This document shows positions 40,100 through 51,971 of a DNA stretch of 64,000 nt, one piece after another. The notes beneath the pieces are model-generated. The model was given only the letters and a program-made list of their open reading frames with translations. It had not been told where the DNA came from and searched no databases. Position numbers and translations under genes: made by a program. This stretch comes from Haplodiscus bocki (Eukaryota), in assembly GCA_965655095.1 (NCBI GenBank), contig OZ296651.1, positions 37,200,001-37,264,000 on the forward strand, in the 5' to 3' direction. Position 1 is the first letter of the stretch. The number at the start of each line of letters is the position of its first letter.

Positions 40100-43000
40100 T
40101 TGCCACGCACTGCCAAGTTTTTTCAAAATCTTGGCAAAAAAACAAAGAAATTTCAAAGCACATATAGAGATTCAAACCTACATTTACTGCTGTGGTTGGA
40201 TTCCATTGAAAACCTTCAATATTTCTGCCACGCACTGCCAAGATGTTTCAAAACCTTGGCAAAAAAATCAGAAATGTCAAGGCGGAGATAAAGATGGAAA
40301 CATACATTCACAGCTATGGTTGGAGTCCTTTGACAAGCATTAATACTTCTGCCACGCACTGCAAAGTCTTTTCAAAATACTGGCAAGAAAAATAGAAATG
40401 TTAAGGTGGATAAGAAGATTCAAACTTACATTCACTGCTATGCATGGATTCCTTTGACAATCCTTAATAAATCTGCCACGCACTGCCCAGTCTTTTCAGA
40501 AAATTGGGGACAAAAATAGAAAAGTCAAGGCGGAGATAAAGATTCAAACTTACATTTACTGCTGTGGTTGGATTCCATTGAAAAACTTTATTAATTCTGC
40601 CACGCACTGCCAAGACTTTTCAAAATCTTGGTAAAAAAATCAGAAATGTCAAGGCGGAGATAAAGATTGGAACATATATTCACAGCAATGGCTGGAGTCC
40701 TTTGACAACCATTAATATTTCTGCCACATACTGCCAAGTCTTTTCAAAATACTGGCAAGAAATATAGAAATGTTCAGGCGGAGATAAAGGTTCAAACTTA
40801 CAATCACTGCCACGGTTGGATTCCTTTGACAAACATTAATTTCTCTGCCACGCACTGCCAAGTCTCTTGGAAATCTTGGCAGGGAAAAAATAAATGTTGA
40901 GGAAGAGATAAAGATTCAAACTTACATCCCGTGCTGTGGTTGCATTCTTTTGAAAATCGTTTTTATTTCTGCCACGCACTGCCAAGTCTTTTCAAAATCT
41001 TGGCAAGAAAAATAGAAATGTCCAGGCGGAGATAAAGTTTCAAAATTCCAATCATTTCTATGGTTGGATTCCTTTGACAATCATTAATTATACTGTCACG
41101 CACTGCCAAGTTTTTTCAAAATGTTGGCAAGAAAGAAAGAATTGTTTAAGCAGAGATAAAGAGTCAAACTTTCATTCACTGCTGTGGTTGGATTCTTTCG
41201 ACAACCTTTATTATATCTGCCACGCACTGCCAAGTCTTTTCAAATTCTTGGCAAGAAAAAAAGAAATGTTAAGGCAGAGATAAAGATTCAAACTTACATT
41301 CACTGCTGTGGTTGGGTTTCTTTTGACAGTCTTTATTATTTCCTCCACGCACTGCCAAGTCTTTTCAAAAACTTGGCAAGAGAATTAGAAATGTTAAGGC
41401 ACAGATAAAGATTCAAACTTACGTTCACTGCTGTGGTTGGATTCCATCGAAAATCCCTAATATTTCTTCCACGCACTGCCAAGACTTTTCAAAAACTTGG
41501 CAGGAAAAATAGGAACGTTCAGGCGTAGATGAAGATTCAGACTTAAATTCACTGCTATGGTTGGATTACTTTGACGATCATCAATATTTCTGCCACGCAC
41601 TGCCAAGTCTTTTCAAAACCTTGGCAAGAAGAAAAGAAACGTTAAGGCGGAGATAAAGATTCAAACTTATTTTCACTGCTAGGGTTGGATTCCTTTGACA
41701 ATCATTAATATCTCTGCCACGCACTGCCAAGTCTTTTCGAAAACTTGGCAGCTAAAAAAGAAATGTTCAGGCGGAGATAAGGATTCAAACATACAATCAC
41801 TGCTATGGTTGGATTCCTTTGACAATCACTAATATTTCTGCCACGCACTGCCAAGACTTTTCAAAATCTTGGCAAGAAGAAAAAATGTTGAAGCACAGAT
41901 AAAGATTCAAACTTACTTTCGTTGCTGTGGTTGGATTCCATTGAAATACCCTAATATTTCCGCCACGCACTGCCAAGTCTTTCAAAACCTTGACAAGAGA
42001 AATAGAAATGTTAAGGCGGCGATAAAGATTCAAACTTACATTTTTTGCTATGGTTGAATTCCTTCGACAATCATTAATAATTCTGCCACGCACAGCCAAG
42101 TTTTTTCAAAATCTTGGCAAAAAAACAAAGAAATTTCAAAGCACATATAGAGATTCAAACCTACATTTACTGCTGTGGTTGGATTCCATTGAAAACCTTC
42201 AATATTTCTGCCACGCACTGCCAAGATGTTTCAAAACCTTGGCAAAAAAATCAGAAATGTCAAGGCGGAGATAAAGATTGAAACATACATTCACAGCTAT
42301 GGTTGGAGTCCTTTGACAAGCATTAATACTTCTGCCACGCACTGCCAAGTCTTTTCAAAATACTGGCAAGAAAAATAGAAATGTTAAGGTGGATAAGAAG
42401 ATTCAAACTTACATTCACTGCTATGCATGGATTCCTTTGACAATCCTTAATAAATCTGCCACGCACTGCCCAGTCTTTTCAGAAAATTGGGGACAAAAAT
42501 AGAAAAGTCAAGGCGGAGATAAAGATTCAAACTTACATTTACTGCTGTGGTTGGATTCCATTGAAAAACTTTATTAATTCTGCCACGCACTGCCAAGACT
42601 TTTCAAAATCTTGGTAAAAAAATCAGAAATGTCAAGGCGGAGATAAAGATTGGAACATATATTCACAGCTATGGCTGGAGTCCTTTGACAACCATTAATA
42701 TTTCTGCCACATACTGCCAAGTCTTTTCAAAATACTGGCAAGAAATATAGAAATGTTCAGGCGGAGATAAAGGTTCAAACTTACAATCACTGCTATGGTT
42801 GGATTCCTTTGACAATCACTAATATTTCTGCCACGCACTGCCAAGACTTTTCAAAATCTTGGCAAGAAGAAAAAATGTTGAAGCACAGATAAAGATTCAA
42901 ACTTACTTTCGTTGCTGTGGTTGGATTCCATTGAAATACCCTAATATTTCCGCCACGCACTGCCAAGTCTTTCAAAACCTTGACAAGAGAAATAGAAATG

Positions 43001-46000
43001 TTAAGGCGGCGATAAAGATTCAAACTTACATTTTTTGCTATGGTTGAATTCCTTCGACAATCATTAATAATTCTGCCACGCACTGCCAAGTTTTTTCAAA
43101 ATCTTGGCAAAAAAACAAAGAAATTTCAAAGCACATATAGAGATTCAAACCTACATTTACTGCTGTGGTTGGATTCCATTGAAAACCTTCAATATTTCTG
43201 CCACGCACTGCCAAGATGTTTCAAAACCTTGGCAAAAAAATCAGAAATGTCAAGGCGGAGATAAAGTTTCAAAATTCCAATCATTTCTATGGTTGGATTC
43301 CTTTGACAATCATTAATTATACTGTCACGCACTGCCAAGTTTTTTCAAAATGTTGGCAAGAAAGAAAGAATTGTTTAAGCAGAGATAAAGAGTCAAACTT
43401 TCATTCACTGCTGTGGTTGGATTCTTTCGACAACCTTTATTATATCTGCCACGCACTGCCAAGTCTTTTCAAATTCTTGGCAAGAAAAAAAGAAATGTTA
43501 AGGCAGAGATAAAGATTCAAACTTACATTCACTGCTGTGGTTGGGTTTCTTTTGACAGTCTTTATTATTTCCTCCACGCACTGCCAAGTCTTTTCAAAAA
43601 CTTGGCAAGAGAATTAGAAATGTTAAGGCACAGATAAAGATTCAAACTTACGTTCACTGCTGTGGTTGGATTCCATCGAAAATCCCTAATATTTCTTCCA
43701 CGCACTGCCAAGACTTTTCAAAAACTTGGCAGGAAAAATAGGAACGTTCAGGCGTAGATGAAGATTCAGACTTAAATTCACTGCTATGGTTGGATTACTT
43801 TGACGATCATCAATATTTCTGCCACGCACTGCCAAGTCTTTTCAAAACCTTGGCAAGAAGAAAAGAAACGTTAAGGCGGAGATAAAGATTCAAACTTATT
43901 TTCACTGCTAGGGTTGGATTCCTTTGACAATCATTAATATCTCTGCCACGCACTGCCAAGTCTTTTCGAAAACTTGGCAGCTAAAAAAGAAATGTTCAGG
44001 CGGAGATAAGGATTCAAACATACAATCACTGCTATGGTTGGATTCCTTTGACAATCACTAATATTTCTGCCACGCACTGCCAAGACTTTTCAAAATCTTG
44101 GCAAGAAGAAAAAATGTTGAAGCACAGATAAAGATTCAAACTTACTTTCGTTGCTGTGGTTGGATTCCATTGAAATACCCTAATATTTCCGCCACGCACT
44201 GCCAAGTCTTTCAAAACCTTGACAAGAGAAATAGAAATGTTAAGGCGGCGATAAAGATTCAAACTTACATTTTTTGCTATGGTTGAATTCCTTCGACAAT
44301 CATTAATAATTCTGCCACGCACAGCCAAGTTTTTTCAAAATCTTGGCAAAAAAACAAAGAAATTTCAAAGCACATATAGAGATTCAAACCTACATTTACT
44401 GCTGTGGTTGGATTCCATTGAAAACCTTCAATATTTCTGCCACGCACTGCCAAGATGTTTCAAAACCTTGGCAAAAAAATCAGAAATGTCAAGGCGGAGA
44501 TAAAGATTGAAACATACATTCACAGCTATGGTTGGAGTCCTTTGACAAGCATTAATACTTCTGCCACGCACTGCCAAGTCTTTTCACAATACTGGCAAGA
44601 AAAATAGAAATGTTAAGGTGGATAAGAAGATTCAAACTTACATTCACTGCTATGCATGGATTCCTTTGACAATCCTTAATAAATCTGCCACGCACTGCCC
44701 AGTCTTTTCAGAAAATTGGGGACAAAAATAGAAAAGTCAAGGCGGAGATAAAGATTCAAACTTACATTTACTGCTGTGGTTGGATTCCATTGAAAAACTT
44801 TATTAATTCTGCCACGCACTGCCAAGACTTTTCAAAATCTTGGTAAAAAATCAGAAATGTCAAGGCGGAGATAAAGATTGGAACATATATTCACAGCTAT
44901 GGCTGGAGTCCTTTGACAACCATTAATATTTCTGCCACATACTGCCAAGTCTTTTCAAAATACTGGCAAGAAATATAGAAATGTTCAGGCGGAGATAAAG
45001 GTTCAAACTTACAATCACTGCCACGGTTGGATTCCTTTGACAAACATTAATTTCTCTGCCACGCACTGCCAAGTCTCTTGGAAATCTTGGCAGGGAAAAA
45101 ATAAATGTTGAGGAAGAGATAAAGATTCAAACTTACATCCCGTGCTGTGGTTGCATTCTTTTGAAAATCGTTTTTATTTCTGCCACGCACTGCCAAGTCT
45201 TTTCAAAATCTTGGCAAGAAAAATAGAAATGTCCAGGCGGAGATAAAGTTTCAAAATTCCAATCATTTCTATGGTTGGATTCCTTTGACAATCATTAATT
45301 ATACTGTCACGCACTGCCAAGTTTTTTCAAAATGTTGGCAAGAAAGAAAGAATTGTTTAAGCAGAGATAAAGAGTCAAACTTTCATTCACTGCTGTGGTT
45401 GGATTCTTTCGACAACCTTTATTATATCTGCCACGCACTGCCAAGTCTTTTCAAATTCTTGGCAAGAAAAAAAGAAATGTTAAGGCAGAGATAAAGATTC
45501 AAACTTACATTCACTGCTGTGGTTGGGTTTCTTTTGACAGTCTTTATTATTTCCTCCACGCACTGCCAAGTCTTTTCAAAAACTTGGCAAGAGAATTAGA
45601 AATGTTAAGGCACAGATAAAGATTCAAACTTACGTTCACTGCTGTGGTTGGATTCCATCGAAAATCCCTAATATTTCTTCCACGCACTGCCAAGACTTTT
45701 CAAAAACTTGGCAGGAAAAATAGGAACGTTCAGGCGTAGATGAAGATTCAGACTTAAATTCACTGCTATGGTTGGATTACTTTGACGATCATCAATATTT
45801 CTGCCACGCACTGCCAAGTCTTTTCAAAACCTTGGCAAGAAGAAAAGAAACGTTAAGGCGGAGATAAAGATTCAAACTTATTTTCACTGCTAGGGTTGGA
45901 TTCCTTTGACAATCATTAATATCTCTGCCACGCACTGCCAAGTCTTTTCGAAAACTTGGCAGCTAAAAAAGAAATGTTCAGGCGGAGATAAGGATTCAAA

Positions 46001-46180
46001 CATACAATCACTGCTATGGTTGGATTCCTTTGACAATCACTAATATTTCTGCCACGCACTGCCAAGTCTTTCAAAACCTTGACAAGAGAAATAGAAATGT
46101 TAAGGCGGCGATAAAGATTCAAACTTACATTTTTTGCTATGGTTGAATTCCTTCGACAATCATTAATAATTCTGCCACGC
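40100..46180 (+). repeat. 16-mer higher-order repeat (~1983 bp) present as 16-, 8-, 10- and 15-monomer variants
   Basis: The marker monomer (...AACAAAGAAATTTCAAAGCACATATAGAG...) starts at ~40131, 42114, 43104 and 44343 (offsets ~1983, 990, 1239). Monomer order is conserved, with in-register deletions. Confidence 0.88.
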
Positions 46181-46409
46181 GCTGCCAAGTCTTTTCGAAA
46201 TCCTTGCAAGAAAAAAAAATGTCAAGGCTGAGATCAAGATTCAAACTTACTTTCATTGCTATGGTTGGATTCCTTTGAAAATCATCAATTTCTCTGCCAC
46301 GAACTGCCAAGATTTTTCAAAATCTAAGCAAGATAAATAGAAATGTTAAGAGGAAGATAAAGAATCAAATATACCTTCACTGCTATGGTTGTATTCTTTC
46401 AACACTCAC

Positions 46410-49330
46410 TAATGTTTCTTCCACGCACTGCCAAGTCTTTTCGAAATCTTGGCAGGAAAAAAAGAAATGTTCAGGCGGCGATAAAGATTCAAACTTACAT
46501 TCTTTGCTATGGTCGGATTCCATTGAAAATCCTTAATATTTCTGCCACGCACTGCCAAGTCTTTCAAAATCTTGACAAGAAGAATAAGAACGTTCATTCG
46601 GAGATAAAGATTCAAACTTATATTCACTGCTAGGGTTGGATTCCTTTGACAATCATTAATATCTCTGCCACGACTGCCAAGTCTTTTCGAAATCTTGGCA
46701 GGTAAAAAAGAAATGTTCAGGCGGAGATAAGGATTCAAACATACAATAACTGCTATGGTTGGATTTCTTTGACAATCACTAAAATTTCTGCAACGCACTG
46801 CCAAGTCTTTTCAATTTTTTGGCAAGAAGAAAAAATGTTCATGCGGTGACAAAGATTCAAACTTACATTCACTGCTTTGGTTAGATTCCTTTGACAATCA
46901 TTAAAATTTCTTCCACGCACTGCCAAGTCTTTTCGAAATCTTGGCAGGAAAAAAAGAAATGTTCAGGCGGCGATAAAGATTCAAACTTACATTCTTTGCT
47001 ATGGTCGGATTCCATTGAAAATCCTTAATATTTCTGCCACGCACTGCCAAGTCTTTCAAAATCTTGACAAGAAGAATAAGAACGTTCAGGCGGAGATAAA
47101 GATTCAAACTTATATTCACTGCTAGGGTTGGATTCCTTTGACAATCATTAATATCTCTGCCACGACTGCCAAGTCTTTTCGAAATCTTGGCAGGTAAAAA
47201 AGAAATGTTCAGGCGGAGATAAGGATTCAAACATACAATAACTGCTATGGTTGGATTTCTTTGACAATCACTAAAATTTCTGCAACGCACTGCCAAGTCT
47301 TTTCAATTTTTTGGCAAGAAGAAAAAATGTTCATGCGGTGACAAAGATTCAAACTTACATTCACTGCTTTGGTTAGATTCCTTTGACAATCATTAAAATT
47401 TCTGTCACGCACTGCCAAGTCTTTTCAAAATCTTGGCAAGAAAAAAAATGTTGAAGCACAGATAAAGATTCAAACTTACTTTCGTTGCTGTGGTTGGAAT
47501 CCATTGAAAGTCCCTAATTTTTCTCCCACGCACTGCCAAGTCTTTTCAAATTTTTGGCAAGAAAAAAAGAAATGTTCAGGTGGCCATAAACATTCAATCA
47601 TACATTTTTTGCTATGGTTTAATTCCTTCGACAATCATTAATAATTCTGCCACGCACTGCCAAGTTCTTGCGAAATCTCGGCAAGAAATATAGAAATATC
47701 AGGGCGGAGATAAAGGTTCAAACTTACATTCACTGCTAGGGTTGCCTTCCTTTGACAATCAATAATTTTTCCGCCACCTACTGCCAAGTTCTCACAAAGT
47801 CTTGGCAAGAAAAATAGAAACGTTAAGGCGGAGATAAAGATTCAAACTTACATTCACTGCTAAGGTTGCATTCCTTTGACAATCAGTAGTATTTCCGCCA
47901 CCCACTGCCAAGTCTTTTCAAAATTTTGGGAAGGAGAATAGAAATGTCAAGGCGGAGATAAAGATTCAAACTTACATTCACTGCTATGGTTGGATTCCTT
48001 TGACAATCAATAATTCGTCCGCCACACACTGCCAAGTTTTTTCGAAATCCTGGCAAGAAAGACAGAAATGTTAAGGTAGAGGTAAAGATTCAAACTTACA
48101 TTCACTGCTATGGTTGGATTCGTTCGACAATCATTATTATTTCCGCAACCCACTGCCAAGTCTTTTCAAAAACTTGGCAAAAGAATAGAAAAGTCAAGGT
48201 CGAAAAAAATTGAAACATACATTCACAGCTATGGTTAGATTCGTTTGACAACCATTAAATTTCTGCCACGCACTGCCCAGTCTTTTGAAAATCTTGGCAA
48301 GAAAAATAGACATGTTGAGGCGGAGACAAAAATTCAAACTTACATTCACTGCTATGTTTGGATTCCTTCGACAATCAATAATTTTTCCGTCACACACTGC
48401 CAAGTCTTTTCAAAATCTGAGCAAGAAAAATAGAAATGTTAAGAGGAAGATAAAGAATCAAACTTACATTCACTGCTATGGTTGGGTTCTTTTAACACTC
48501 ACTAGTATTTCTTCCACGCACTGCCAAGGTTTTTCAAAGTTTTGGCAAGAAAAATAAAAATGTTGAGACGGAGACAAAAATTCAAACTGACATTCACTGC
48601 TATGGTTGGATTCGTTCGACAATCATTATTATTTCCGCAACCCACTGCCAAGTCTTTTCAAAAACTTGGCAAAAAAATAGAAAAGTCAAGGTCGAAAAAA
48701 AATTGAAACATACATTCACAGCTATGGTTAGATTCATTTGACAACCATTAAATTTCTGCCACGCACTGCCCAGTCTTTTGAAAATCTTGGCAAGAAAAAT
48801 AGACATGTTGAGGCGGAGACAAAAATTCAAACTTACATTCACTGCTATGTTTGGATTCCTTCGACAATCAATAATTTTTCCGTCACACACTGCCAAGTCT
48901 TTTCAAAATCTGAGCAAGAAAAATAGAAATGTTAAGAGGAAGATAAAGAATCAAACTTACATTCACTGCTATGGTTTGGTTCTTTTAACACTCACTAGTA
49001 TTTCTTCCACGCACTGCCTAGGTTTTTCAAAGTTTTGGCAAGAAAAATAAAAATGTTGAGACGGAGACAAAAATTCAAACTGACATTCACTGCTATGGTT
49101 GGATTCCTTTGACAATCAATAATTTTTCCGTCACACACTGCCAAGTCTTTTCGAAATCTGAGCAAGAAAAATAGAAATGTTAAGAGGAAGATAAAGAATC
49201 AAAATTACATTCACTGCTATGGTTGGATTCTTTTAACACTCACTAATGTTTCTTCCACGCACTGCCAAGGTTTTTCAAAATTTTGGCAAGAAAAATAGAA
49301 ATGTTAAGGCGGAGATAAAGATTCAAACTT
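46410..49330 (+). repeat. Two separate 4-monomer duplications (492-493 bp) near the right end of the array
   Basis: ORF pairs 46409/46901 (offset 492), and 48245/48738 and 48285/48778 (offset 493). Confidence 0.85.
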
Positions 49331-49490
49331 ACATTCACTGCTATGTTTGGATTCCTTCGAAAACCGTTAATATTTCAGCCACGCACTGCGAAGTCTTTTC
49401 AAAATCATGGCAAGAAAAATAGATATGTTCAGGCGGAGATAAAGATTCAAACTCGCAGTCACTGCCTTGGTTAGATTCCTTTGACGGCCA

Positions 49491-49994
49491 TTAATATTTC
49501 TGCCCATATTTATGATATGGGAGGAAACGCATACACTCGAAACGGTCCGTTTTTTCAATCGTTTACTGGCTAATTATCCAGGCAGCATCTCCGGTCCCGA
49601 CGGTTCCACTTTGAAAATTTTCATCACCAGAGTGTAGCAAGTTTGCCGTGGAATGCGACTGAAATATTGAGATGTCTTGTAACGTACAAAATTTGCTCTT
49701 TTTGAAAAAAAAATATATACGTATTTTGTAAAAAAATGATTATATTCAAAATCGTTCAAAGTGACCAATTTGCTGTAAAATGAGTATTGAATTGACGTTA
49801 TTTCTTGAAAATGTTTTTTTCCATCTGAATTCAGGTTTTTTTTGCAGAAATAAAAAAAATTCAAATTTGAAAAATTTGTCAAAATCGGCAGAAGACAGTG
49901 TTTTTTCGAAAAAAAACGCTTTCATCTTTCTAAAAGATATCTTTAAATGAGTTAGACGACAGAAAATTTGTCGGTTGTGACTGGTCGTCTTGTT
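49491..49994 (+). mobile_element. HINE/DINE-1-like dispersed repeat, copy 2 (fused to the array end)
   Basis: 5' hairpin TTCTGCCCATAT...ATATGGGAGGAA; internal (C)AA(A/G)TTTGC(C/T)GT..AATG subrepeats at ~49640 and ~49767; degenerate 3' subTIR GACAGAAAATT (49958-49968) followed by GTCGGTTGTGACTGGTCGTCTTGTT. Confidence 0.65.
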
Positions 49995-50220
49995 AACCTT
50001 TAGTACCAGGAAACAAACATCTTTATATTGGCAGAGGGTTTTCCGGCATTGATGTATTGGCAAGTTTTGGAAAATAAAAAATACCGTTAGGGAATTATTT
50101 TCTTTCGCATTTCTGAAGCAAACAAAAAGGACAACCTCGACAAATGTTGAGTGCGCAGAGTTTTCACAGTATTGTTTTTCGGGCACTGATCTCGGAAACT
50201 CTGAAATTTTGGCTAGGTAA

Positions 50221-50886
50221 ACAGCAAGACTGCCGGTTACCACCGCCATATTTTCCGCGGAAGCAATTCTGTTAAAGATGGCTTTTGAAAAGATGAAATC
50301 AATTTTCTCCAAGAAATACTATTTTTTCATAAAATTTTGTAAATTTTCCAAAATTGAAAATTTTCTGATTCTTTGGAAAAAAGCTCACAATTAAGGTCGA
50401 AAAGACATTTTCAAGAAATGATATCATTTGATGCGTATTCTACAACAAATTTGCCACCTTTACCGATTTTGGAAAAAATCAGCTTTTTTAAAGAAAACTC
50501 AACTTTTGTTTAAAAGAAACGACTTTCCGCCTTCACATTTAATTTAAAATGCATTTTTTGGAAAAATTGCCTCTGTATATGCGTTCTATATCACATTGGC
50601 TGACTTTTTCCCACTTTTGAAAAAATTCGCCTTTTTTCTTCAAAGAAACCCAACTTTTTTTAAAACCAAAAACCCATTTCCGTACGTTTTTAAGAGGCCT
50701 TACCATTTCCATCACATTCTACGGCAAACTTGCTATATTTGGTGATGAAATGTTTTCAAACTTTTCAAGCTGATTTTTCACGCCATTGCAAAGCAATTAA
50801 ACTTAGAAAAAAGTAAACCGTATGCGTTGAGTGCATGATTGTCCACCCATTTTGACACATATTGACATGTGGCGGAAAATAATAAA
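50221..50886 (-). mobile_element. HINE/DINE-1-like dispersed repeat, copy 3 (inverted, tail-to-tail with copy 2)
   Basis: SubTIR pair TATTTTCCGC (50249-50258) / GGCGGAAAATA (50871-50881); 3' stem-loop GCCGGT-TACC-ACCGCC (50232-50247); three ~140-bp internal subrepeats (~50433, 50581, 50713). Its reverse complement aligns with 49491-49994. Confidence 0.7.
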
Positions 50887-51971
50887 TACGACGTCTCGAT
50901 ATTTATAGTAACAGTGCACCTGTGTACTTGGTAAATTTTATGAAAACTTAAAGGCCTAAATGTTTAATGAATGAGATCTTTTCCTTTCCACATATGAAGA
51001 AAGAGTGGAAAATGAAAATCTTTGGATGAGCTGAAAAGTATACTGTTATTGACAACTGTTTCACCAATGTGAAGTTGGCTGCGAAGTGATAGACAATTTT
51101 GTATAAAGTGCATAGATAACAAAAAATATCTGTCACATTCCTTATTTCCACTGCGTCTTACCGCTTTTATGTAGTTTGGTTTTTATATCGGGTGAGGGAG
51201 ATATAATTATTGGGGCGGGTGACCTGGTGAAAATGTAGGAAAAACCAGTTCAAAATTTTTTGTTAACTAGCAGTAAAACTAGAAATTTCAATGTGATCTC
51301 TCTTAGGTGAAGAGATTTTTTCCAAATACAAGTGGCTAATAATTCGCGCGCGGCTGGCTTATTATCAGGGAAGAGTGGCTTTGCATACTTCTGATTTAAG
51401 CCCAATTGATATTTATTGTAGTGCTCAATTTTTTTCCATTCCAAGATGCTTTTCGTAACTAATTATTCTTTGAACTCGCTTGTGATGGGATGGGTCTGTG
51501 GTGTGTATGTGAACTTTTGTTCATTTGCTGTTGCATCAAAACATCATATTTCAGGGGTTCAGTTTGCATCTATCAGTGAATCTTCATCCACAGCCATCCT
51601 CGAAGGAATCACCTCTCGCTTGTACCACGCGAACGAAGCCATAGCAAAGCCTGTCACGGTCATGCCCCGCGGTGCCAAGGCTGCCTCACTTCGGCGAAGT
51701 TGCCATGAAAGTTCACGATTTTGTCAAAAATTCCATGGCAATGCTGAGCTAAAAAACGCTTTCGAAAACTTTGTCATGATTACTGAGAAACTTCCATGTT
51801 CCATGGATTATGGATAGATTGCCATGATTTTTCTGCAGCATGGCAAACCTATTGTGCGTCGCTTCGATCTCCTTGTAATTAGAATATGACCTCCTAACAG
51901 CGTCAACAAAGTCTGCGTCAGCCAAATCGGTTGAACTTTCCAGAGACAGAGATGGAATGGCATGACAACAT

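Larger units (their letters stand above)
8231..49504 (+). repeat. Tandem satellite DNA array, ~124-bp monomer, ~41.3 kb, about 330 copies
   Basis: Consensus by eye: CTGCCACGCACTGCCAAGTCTTTTCAAAATCTTGGCAAGAAAAATAGAAATGTTAAGGCGGAGATAAAGATTCAAACTTACATTCACTGCTATGGTTGGATTCCTTTGACAATCATTAATATTT (124 nt). The first two monomers start at 8231 and 8355. All copies are head-to-tail, and length varies mainly in the A-run. No inversions or insertions were seen. Confidence 0.98.

Noticed and set aside
10680-49330. Higher-order duplications as pure assembly artefacts
   Set aside because: Copies differ by scattered SNPs and have hybrid in-register junctions, which favours real events. Read-level validation is still needed.
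8231-49504. CRISPR-like array (palindromic repeat plus variable segments)
   Set aside because: The variable parts are homologous point variants of one consensus, not unique spacers. There are no cas genes and the context is eukaryotic.
8231-49504. Hammerhead-ribozyme satellite, or tandem tRNA/5S/snRNA genes (5S is ~120 nt)
   Set aside because: The consensus has no CUGANGA...GAAA core on either strand and no recognisable 5S, tRNA or snRNA sequence. An Infernal/Rfam scan would settle this.
8326-49558. Well over a hundred short ORFs (IKIQTYIHCYGWIPLT..., MAVRGRNI...) that look like a repeat-protein family
   Set aside because: The 124-bp unit is not a multiple of 3. Frames shift each monomer, stops recur at fixed positions, and ORFs appear in all frames on both strands. 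They are artefacts of the satellite.
49574-50312. ORFs of 102 and 188 aa on the minus strand
   Set aside because: They span non-coding dispersed repeats, are F/K-rich and low in complexity, and show no domain motifs.
49491-50886. A single foldback transposon with ~500-bp TIRs
   Set aside because: Each arm has its own complete 5' and 3' ends, the arms are quite diverged, and solo copies occur at 7770-8070 and 56679-57127. Two independent insertions fit better.
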